This document shows, in pieces, positions 44,094 through 51,703 of a stretch of 64,000 nucleotides of DNA. The DNA comes from Octopus vulgaris (taxonomy: Eukaryota). The notes under the pieces were generated by a model that did no database searches, was not told the origin of the DNA, and saw nothing but the letters and a program-made list of their open reading frames with translations. Location: contig OX597821.1 in assembly GCA_951406725.2 (NCBI GenBank), forward strand, positions 53,320,001 to 53,384,000, read 5' to 3'. Numbering within the stretch: position 1 is the stretch's first letter; each line of letters opens with the position of its first letter. Both the position numbers and the translations under genes were made by a program.

Positions 44094-44801
44094 GTGTGTG
44101 TGATTGTGTATAGAAGAATATATTAATAAAAAGAATTCCAACCTTGTCTGATTTTCACGTTTTATTTACAATCTTATAATGATATATTATAAGATAATAT
44201 ATTATAATTGAATAAAATAAAATGAAATAGTAGAATGTTAAATATTCATTCTGATTGAACTAGTACTTTCATGCATTGAATTCTGCAATCTTCGGGTTCA
44301 TGTAGTAGTGTTGACAGTCATGCTTCACAATTTTTGACTGTAGCAAGATGAGTGATTCTGTGCTATAAATACAGCTGGGTAGGCTCCAGAGTGCTAGGTT
44401 TTGCAAACTGTATTCTGACCAATCAGTGTGTAGTATCACTCAATTACTTAAGCTGATTGGTTGGTTGAGCTGATTGGTTTAGGCATCACGCTTTGTTGGA
44501 CAGGTCAAGAGTCCTGTATCTTGACCCTGGCCGAAGCAGCAATTGTTGGGTTATTTTTAGAAATGTTGTAAATATCCTTTGTCAGAGATTTTTATATTTT
44601 TATATTTCAATTGTCATCATCATCATTGTCAGCACCTTAATTATTGTTGCTAGTGGTGATGGTGGTGGCAATAGAACTTTTAACCCTAAATAAGATAATT
44701 TTCCTGCTATCTTCGTCTTGATCACCTTTAGTATTGTTGTTGTTGTTAGTGGTCATGGTCGTAGCAGTGGAAGTAATACCTCTAAGTATTATTATTATTG
44801 C
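44091..44801 (-). repeat. Inverted pseudo-LTR including the 3' tail extension
   Basis: Reverse complement of 45387-46097; the coordinate sums are the same at both ends. Confidence 0.95.
44256..44300 (-). ncRNA. Hammerhead ribozyme motif in the inverted pLTR
   Basis: Reverse complement of 45888-45932. Confidence 0.75.
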
Positions 44802-44829
44802 CAGAATATCTTCACCAGAATATCTTCAA

Positions 44830-45393
44830 CAGAATATCTTCAACATTGCCAAAGCAAACCTTCCAATCATTGCCCAAAGTAATGAATTAAAAGACATAAT
44901 CAAGGATCGAGCTATGGTGCTTAGTAAAAGACAGCCTAAAAACTTGAAAACATTACTAACAAAGGCAAAATTTGACCTCAGCAACAAAGACCAAACATTC
45001 ACGGTATCTAAATGCAATGATAGCCGATGTGGCACATGCCAATTCATACATACCGGTCAATATATAAACACAAAAACCGGGAAAATATTCACAAACGCGA
45101 ATATGAACTGCAAAAGCAGAAATTTAATTTACTGCATCAAATGCCCAAATTGTGAAGAAATATATGTAGGTCAGACGGGAAACGCACTATTAGAACGCTC
45201 ACGTGTACACCGGCAACAGATTAGAGACCCAGAGGTCCGTCAGATACCTTTGAGTAACCACCTGGCAACATGTGGTCGGAAAATATATATAATATTTCCA
45301 TTCTACAAATTACACAGCCCAAGTGAAATCGAGAGGAAAATCAGAGAAAAGAATTTTATTGATAAATTCGAACCCAAGCTAAATAAGCAATAA
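44830..45393 (+). pseudogene. 5'-truncated PLE ORF2 (Cys linker and GIY-YIG endonuclease only)
   Basis: Its translation is identical to the C-terminal part of 47756-49666 from QNIFNIAK onward. Confidence 0.9.
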
Positions 45394-45710
45394 TAATAAT
45401 ACTTAGAGGTATTACTTCCACTGCTACGACCATGACCACTAACAACAACAACAATACTAAAGGTGATCAAGACGAAGATAGCAGGAAAATTATCTTATTT
45501 AGGGTTAAAAGTTCTATTGCCACCACCATCACCACTAGCAACAATAATTAAGGTGCTGACAATGATGATGATGACAATTGAAATATAAAAATATAAAAAT
45601 CTCTGACAAAGGATATTTACAACATTTCTAAAAATAACCCAACAATTGCTGCTTCGGCCAGGGTCAAGATACAGGACTCTTGACCTGTCCAACAAAGCGT
45701 GATGCCTAAA

Positions 45711-45824
45711 CCAATCAGCTCAACCAACCAATCAGCTTAAGTAATTGAGTGATACTACACACTGATTGGTCAGAATACAGTTTGCAAAACCTAGCACTCT
45801 GGAGCCTACCCAGCTGTATTTATA
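45711..45824. promoter_or_regulatory. Putative pLTR promoter (CCAAT boxes and TATA)
   Basis: CCAAT at 45711 and 45728, ATTGG at 45765, and TATTTATA at 45817-45824 (TATAAATA on the minus strand). Repeated in each pLTR. Confidence 0.5.
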
Positions 45825-45887
45825 GCACAGAATCACTCATCTTGCTACAGTCAAAAATTGTGAAGCATGACTGTCAACACTACTACA

Positions 45888-45932
45888 TGAACCCGAAGAT
45901 TGCAGAATTCAATGCATGAAAGTACTAGTTCA
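45888..45932 (+). ncRNA. Type I minimal hammerhead ribozyme, CCGAAGA core variant
   Basis: tgaac-CCGAAGA-ttgca(gaattcaa)tgcat-GAAA-gtac-TA-gttca; predicted cleavage after 45927. Confidence 0.75.
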
Positions 45933-46021
45933 ATCAGAATGAATATTTAACATTCTACTATTTCATTTTATTTTATTCAATTATAATATATTATCTTATA
46001 ATATATCATTATAAGATTGTA

Positions 46022-46027
46022 AATAAA
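46022..46027 (+). terminator. Putative polyadenylation signal AATAAA near the pLTR 3' end
   Basis: Follows the hammerhead and lies ~35 nt before the position where the last unit ends. The context is AT-rich, so this is weak on its own. Confidence 0.45.
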
Positions 46028-46139
46028 ACGTGAAAATCAGACAAGGTTGGAATTCTTTTTATTAATATATTCTTCTATACACAATCACACACACCCATAT
46101 ATATATAAATATCTATATTCCTATTGTGTATATGCCAAC

Positions 46140-47432
46140 ATGTCTGGAAAGCAACAAACAAAATTAACAGAATCCGAAAGAATTCTAATGGAAATTTCAT
46201 CGAAATTATCAACACTCATCACGATGATTGACACACAATCCTCTATTTTAAAGGAAATAGAAAAACAGTCTACAGACGGAAAACTTGGAAATGAACACAT
46301 AAACTCTGAAATTAAGAATTTAGCTGAAATGATACCAACAATTATAAAATCTACAAGAGAAAGCCTACCACAACCTCCTTGGATGTCAGAAATAAACGAA
46401 AGAAATCTGGAAAAAGAGGCACACCGAAAAAGAGAAGAGATACAGAAGACATGGAAAAAACTCCTTAACATAAGAAAACAAAACTTCTGGAAGGCATATA
46501 AATGCGAAAAATATGCTGAAATACATTCGAAATGGATATCTTTAGCGGCACCCATACTTCCTCGGAAGTACCTAATTAAAGAAATTGCAGGAGAACCAGA
46601 GGAAGAAACTAAACTTCGATGGGACCTTAGTTTGATAAAATTCAGGACCGACATCTCCATTACCCTGTCTAAACAATCCCGCTACAAAGCCAAATACGAA
46701 GCTATCGATGATCAAATCAGAGATGAAATATCCAAACTAACGACCGGCAATATAGCAGAAAAAATGCGAGAACTATGGATCAGAGATATCTCAAAAGAAG
46801 AAAGCAGATCAAGAAAGTTTTGGCAGCGGAAACAATTATTTCTCGACAAATATGCTACAAATTACGGTAAAGACACCAGAACTCCGAGAAATAGCATTAA
46901 AAGTGGACAACCTCACCAACGCAACATACACCAGAACACGTGGCAACATGAACACCCGTTTCACCACGAATCGAAGACGAACTACGGTAAGAACTCTTCC
47001 CATTTTGTATGCAAACACCTTAATGCACACAACATGAACAAAAAGCACAAACAAAATAGATATTGTTTTGAACAAACCATTAGCAGTAGAAATAACAGGA
47101 GATCATTTTCAAGACCTCAACAGAAATTACCCACAAGAAACTGGACAAAAAACCGATCTAGATCTAGAAGTAAACCCAGATCATTTCTCCAGGTGGTTAA
47201 AAACAATGCTAACAAGAAATTGAAAAGTAGCATACATAATACCAAAAACAAGACAGAAAACATAACGAAACCAAGTAAAGTACCACAACCAAAACGCAAA
47301 ATTCATCAAGCAAACATCAACAGGAATATAAATCATAACCAGAAAAAAATCCATTTTTTTACGTCAGGACAACAAACACCGGAGAAAGAAAAAATCCAAG
47401 AGGAAACATACCCCAAACAACTGAACGTATAG
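46140..47432 (+). CDS. PLE ORF1 (430 aa; coiled-coil-like N-terminus, basic low-complexity C-terminus), copy 1
   Basis: ATG at 46140, intact, and identical to the 50411-51703 protein. No domain recognised. Confidence 0.8.
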   Translation: MSGKQQTKLTESERILMEISSKLSTLITMIDTQSSILKEIEKQSTDGKLGNEHINSEIKNLAEMIPTIIKSTRESLPQPPWMSEINERNLEKEAHRKREEIQKTWKKLLNIRKQNFWKAYKCEKYAEIHSKWISLAAPILPRKYLIKEIAGEPEEETKLRWDLSLIKFRTDISITLSKQSRYKAKYEAIDDQIRDEISKLTTGNIAEKMRELWIRDISKEESRSRKFWQRKQLFLDKYATNYGKDTRTPRNSIKSGQPHQRNIHQNTWQHEHPFHHESKTNYGKNSSHFVCKHLNAHNMNKKHKQNRYCFEQTISSRNNRRSFSRPQQKLPTRNWTKNRSRSRSKPRSFLQVVKNNANKKLKSSIHNTKNKTENITKPSKVPQPKRKIHQANINRNINHNQKKIHFFTSGQQTPEKEKIQEETYPKQLNV

Positions 47433-49666
47433 ATCCTAAAATAATTAATTTATCAAAAAGAGATCTTGACAATGATGAAATCCAACTTCTGTCAAAAGGA
47501 CTGAAATTCACACCTACACCAACAGCCAACCACCAAGAATTAAAGGAGGATATCCAAAAATTCTGTCGAAAATTACGACTTGTAGAATTCTTCGCTAACA
47601 AAAGTAATGAGATTGATGAATCCCTAGTAAGGAATAAATCAAATTTCACCCCACCAAAAGGAAGAAATAACTACCTTGACCAATACATTGATATCCTGTC
47701 TAAATTTCCCCTTAGACGCAATACCAATGTTAGGCCAAACATTAGCAAATCAGAGATGTCTGCATGTAAACGTATACAAAACGATCAAACAATAATAATT
47801 AAACAAGCAGATAAAGGTGGTGCAATTGTTATTATGGATACCGAATACTATAAGGATTTGGTTGAAGACCAACTGAAGGATACAACCTTCTATTGTGAAA
47901 TACCCGCAAATATAGACCACCACATCATGAAAAAGATCAACAACCTGATTTCAACACACCACAACTCACTTACGGATAATGAAAAAGACTACATCACCAA
48001 TTTTGAACCAAAACCCAGCAACTTCTACGGCTTACCAAAAATACACAAATCAAAAAACATTCAACAGGCAGTAAAAGAACAAGAAAGTGAGTACATAAAA
48101 TTATTACATCCAAAAGACCTAAAACTTAGACCTATTATAGCTGGTCCAGCATGCCCTACACACCGTCTAAGCAATTTTATTGACATTGTTTTGAAACCAC
48201 TATGTACTTACATACCAAGTTTCATCAGGGATGACATCGACTTCCTGTCCCATCTTCCCAAAACAACAGAAACAAATTCAGTTTTGCTAAGTTTTGATGT
48301 GGTAAGCCTCTACACCAATATTCCACACGATTTAGGAATAAAGGCGATTAAATACTGGTTAGAAAAACATAGAGAAGTGATTCCCAGCAGATTCACAGTG
48401 CCATTTATATTAGACACAGTCAAACTTATTCTAGAAAATAACACATTCTTCTTCAATGGAAAGAATTACATCCAAATTAGAGGCACGGCGATGGGAACGA
48501 GGTTTGCTCCCGTTTACGCCAACTCTGTAATGGGATACTTAGAAGAACAACTCTACCAAGAGGTGGAGGTAAACTATGGCACTGGATTTAGAAAGTATAT
48601 TGAAAAGGCATGGAAGAGATACCTAGACGACTGTTTCATAATCTGGACAGAATCTCTAAATACTCTGGAAGAGTTCAATATCCTCCTGAACAACCTACAC
48701 CCATCTCTCAAATTTACAAAGGAGATGAGTAGTACCAAATTACCATTCCTGGATATAATGGTAATTAAAAAAGACACCACCATCACCACAGATATATACT
48801 ATAAACACACAGACACACATCAATACCTAAATTTTAAGTCGTGCCATCCACCACATACAAAACGTAACATCCCATACTGCCTAGCCAGAAGAATTTGTAC
48901 TATTGTAGAAGATGCAAATATCAGGAACAAACGCCTAATAGAACTAAGAGAATTTTTGCTCAAACAAAAATACCCATCTCTACTTATAGAAAATGGCATA
49001 CAGCGGGCTATAAAAATACCTATACAACAACTTAGGACAACCCAAGGAAGAGGAAAACAAGAACAAGTTATACCATTCATAGTGACACACAACCCATGTC
49101 ACCAGAATATCTTCAACATTGCCAAAGCAAACCTTCCAATCATTGCCCAAAGTAATGAATTAAAAGACATAATCAAGGATCGAGCTATGGTGCTTAGTAA
49201 AAGACAGCCTAAAAACTTGAAAACATTACTAACAAAGGCAAAATTTGACCTCAGCAACAAAGACCAAACATTCACGGTATCTAAATGCAATGATAGCCGA
49301 TGTGGCACATGCCAATTCATACATACCGGTCAATATATAAACACAAAAACCGGGAAAATATTCACAAACGCGAATATGAACTGCAAAAGCAGAAATTTAA
49401 TTTACTGCATCAAATGCCCAAATTGTGAAGAAATATATGTAGGTCAGACGGGAAACGCACTATTAGAACGCTCACGTGTACACCGGCAACAGATTAGAGA
49501 CCCAGAGGTCCGTCAGATACCTTTGAGTAACCACCTGGCAACATGTGGTCGGAAAATATATATAATATTTCCATTCTACAAATTACACAGCCCAAGTGAA
49601 ATCGAGAGGAAAATCAGAGAAAAGAATTTTATTGATAAATTCGAACCCAAGCTAAATAAGCAATAA
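47339..49666 (+). CDS. PLE ORF2: reverse transcriptase + GIY-YIG endonuclease, copy 1 (open frame from 47339, first ATG at 47756)
   Basis: IINLS..LLSKGLKFTPTP, ADKG, SFDVVSLYTNIP, GTAMGTRFAP, RYLDD, LPFLD, CNDSRCGTC, LIYCIKCPNCEEIYVGQT. Confidence 0.95.
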   Translation, partial: PEKNPFFYVRTTNTGERKNPRGNIPQTTERIDPKIINLSKRDLDNDEIQLLSKGLKFTPTPTANHQELKEDIQKFCRKLRLVEFFANKSNEIDESLVRNKSNFTPPKGRNNYLDQYIDILSKFPLRRNTNVRPNISKSEMSACKRIQNDQTIIIKQADKGGAIVIMDTEYYKDLVEDQLKDTTFYCEIPANIDHHIMKKINNLISTHHNSLTDNEKDYITNFEPKPSNFYGLPKIHKSKNIQQAVKEQESEYIKLLHPKDLKLRPIIAGPACPTHRLSNFIDIVLKPLCTYIPSFIRDDIDFLSHLPKTTETNSVLLSFDVVSLYTNIPHDLGIKAIKYWLEKHREVIPSRFTVPFILDTVKLILENNTFFFNGKNYIQIRGTAMGTRFAPVYANSVMGYLEEQLYQEVEVNYGTGFRKYIEKAWKRYLDDCFIIWTESLNTLEEFNILLNNLHPSLKFTKEMSSTKLPFLDIMVIKKDTTITTDIYYKHTDTHQYLNFKSCHPPHTKRNIPYCLARRICTIVEDANIRNKRLIELREFLLKQKYPSLLIENGIQRAIKIPIQQLRTTQGRGKQEQVIPFIVTHNPCHQNIFNIAKANLPIIAQSNELKDIIKDRAMVLSKRQPKNLKTLLTKAKFDLSNKDQTFTVSKCNDSRCGTCQFIHTGQYINTKTGKIFTNANMNCKSRNLIYCIKCPNCEEIYVGQTGNALLERSRVHRQQIRDPEVRQIPLSNHLATCGRKIYIIFPFYKLHSPSEIERKIREKNFIDKFEPKLNKQ

Positions 49667-50160
49667 TAATAATACTTAGAGGTATTACTTCCACTGCTAC
49701 GACCATGACCACTAACAACAACAACAATACTAAAGGTGATCAAGACGAAGATAGCAGGAAAATTATCTTATTTAGGGTTAAAAGTTCTATTGCCACCACC
49801 ATCACCACTAGCAACAATAATTAAGGTGCTGACAATGATGATGATGACAATTGAAATATAAAAATATAAAAATCTCTGACAAAGGATATTTACAACATTT
49901 CTAAAAATAACCCAACAATTGCTGCTTCGGCCAGGGTCAAGATACAGGACTCTTGACCTGTCCAACAAAGCGTGATGCCTAAACCAATCAGCTCAACCAA
50001 CCAATCAGCTTAAGTAATTGAGTGATACTACACACTGATTGGTCAGAATACAGTTTGCAAAACCTAGCACTCTGGAGCCTACCCAGCTGTATTTATAGCA
50101 CAGAATCACTCATCTTGCTACAGTCAAAAATTGTGAAGCATGACTGTCAACACTACTACA

Positions 50161-50205
50161 TGAACCCGAAGATTGCAGAATTCAATGCATGAAAGTACTA
50201 GTTCA
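50161..50205 (+). ncRNA. Hammerhead ribozyme motif, second forward pLTR
   Basis: Identical to 45888-45932. Confidence 0.75.
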
Positions 50206-50410
50206 ATCAGAATGAATATTTAACATTCTACTATTTCATTTTATTTTATTCAATTATAATATATTATCTTATAATATATCATTATAAGATTGTAAATAAA
50301 ACGTGAAAATCAGACAAGGTTGGAATTCTTTTTATTAATATATTCTTCTATACACAATCACACACACCCATATATATATATATCTATATTCCTATTGTGT
50401 ATATGCCAAC

Positions 50411-51703
50411 ATGTCTGGAAAGCAACAAACAAAATTAACAGAATCCGAAAGAATTCTAATGGAAATTTCATCGAAATTATCAACACTCATCACGATGATT
50501 GACACACAATCCTCTATTTTAAAGGAAATAGAAAAACAGTCTACAGACGGAAAACTTGGAAATGAACACATAAACTCTGAAATTAAGAATTTAGCTGAAA
50601 TGATACCAACAATTATAAAATCTACAAGAGAAAGCCTACCACAACCTCCTTGGATGTCAGAAATAAACGAAAGAAATCTGGAAAAAGAGGCACACCGAAA
50701 AAGAGAAGAGATACAGAAGACATGGAAAAAACTCCTTAACATAAGAAAACAAAACTTCTGGAAGGCATATAAATGCGAAAAATATGCTGAAATACATTCG
50801 AAATGGATATCTTTAGCGGCACCCATACTTCCTCGGAAGTACCTAATTAAAGAAATTGCAGGAGAACCAGAGGAAGAAACTAAACTTCGATGGGACCTTA
50901 GTTTGATAAAATTCAGGACCGACATCTCCATTACCCTGTCTAAACAATCCCGCTACAAAGCCAAATACGAAGCTATCGATGATCAAATCAGAGATGAAAT
51001 ATCCAAACTAACGACCGGCAATATAGCAGAAAAAATGCGAGAACTATGGATCAGAGATATCTCAAAAGAAGAAAGCAGATCAAGAAAGTTTTGGCAGCGG
51101 AAACAATTATTTCTCGACAAATATGCTACAAATTACGGTAAAGACACCAGAACTCCGAGAAATAGCATTAAAAGTGGACAACCTCACCAACGCAACATAC
51201 ACCAGAACACGTGGCAACATGAACACCCGTTTCACCACGAATCGAAGACGAACTACGGTAAGAACTCTTCCCATTTTGTATGCAAACACCTTAATGCACA
51301 CAACATGAACAAAAAGCACAAACAAAATAGATATTGTTTTGAACAAACCATTAGCAGTAGAAATAACAGGAGATCATTTTCAAGACCTCAACAGAAATTA
51401 CCCACAAGAAACTGGACAAAAAACCGATCTAGATCTAGAAGTAAACCCAGATCATTTCTCCAGGTGGTTAAAAACAATGCTAACAAGAAATTGAAAAGTA
51501 GCATACATAATACCAAAAACAAGACAGAAAACATAACGAAACCAAGTAAAGTACCACAACCAAAACGCAAAATTCATCAAGCAAACATCAACAGGAATAT
51601 AAATCATAACCAGAAAAAAATCCATTTTTTTACGTCAGGACAACAAACACCGGAGAAAGAAAAAATCCAAGAGGAAACATACCCCAAACAACTGAACGTA
51701 TAG
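50411..51703 (+). CDS. PLE ORF1, copy 2
   Basis: Protein identical to copy 1. Confidence 0.8.
   Translation: MSGKQQTKLTESERILMEISSKLSTLITMIDTQSSILKEIEKQSTDGKLGNEHINSEIKNLAEMIPTIIKSTRESLPQPPWMSEINERNLEKEAHRKREEIQKTWKKLLNIRKQNFWKAYKCEKYAEIHSKWISLAAPILPRKYLIKEIAGEPEEETKLRWDLSLIKFRTDISITLSKQSRYKAKYEAIDDQIRDEISKLTTGNIAEKMRELWIRDISKEESRSRKFWQRKQLFLDKYATNYGKDTRTPRNSIKSGQPHQRNIHQNTWQHEHPFHHESKTNYGKNSSHFVCKHLNAHNMNKKHKQNRYCFEQTISSRNNRRSFSRPQQKLPTRNWTKNRSRSRSKPRSFLQVVKNNANKKLKSSIHNTKNKTENITKPSKVPQPKRKIHQANINRNINHNQKKIHFFTSGQQTPEKEKIQEETYPKQLNV

Noticed and set aside
46047-46139. 461-aa extended ORF1 start in the ORF track
   Set aside because: It uses a non-ATG start and is frameshifted in copy 2 by the TA-tract difference. 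The shared ATG at 46140/50411 is preferred.
46121-46660. 179-aa antisense ORF (and its copy at 50392-50931)
   Set aside because: Antisense shadow of the A-rich ORF1 with no recognisable motifs.
46045-47367. Intron from AG/GTTGGA in the pLTR to the acceptor-like site at 47367
   Set aside because: The spliced product has an in-frame stop just upstream and no ATG for ORF2. The better donors I checked inside ORF1 are in the wrong phase. Kept only as an alternative hypothesis.
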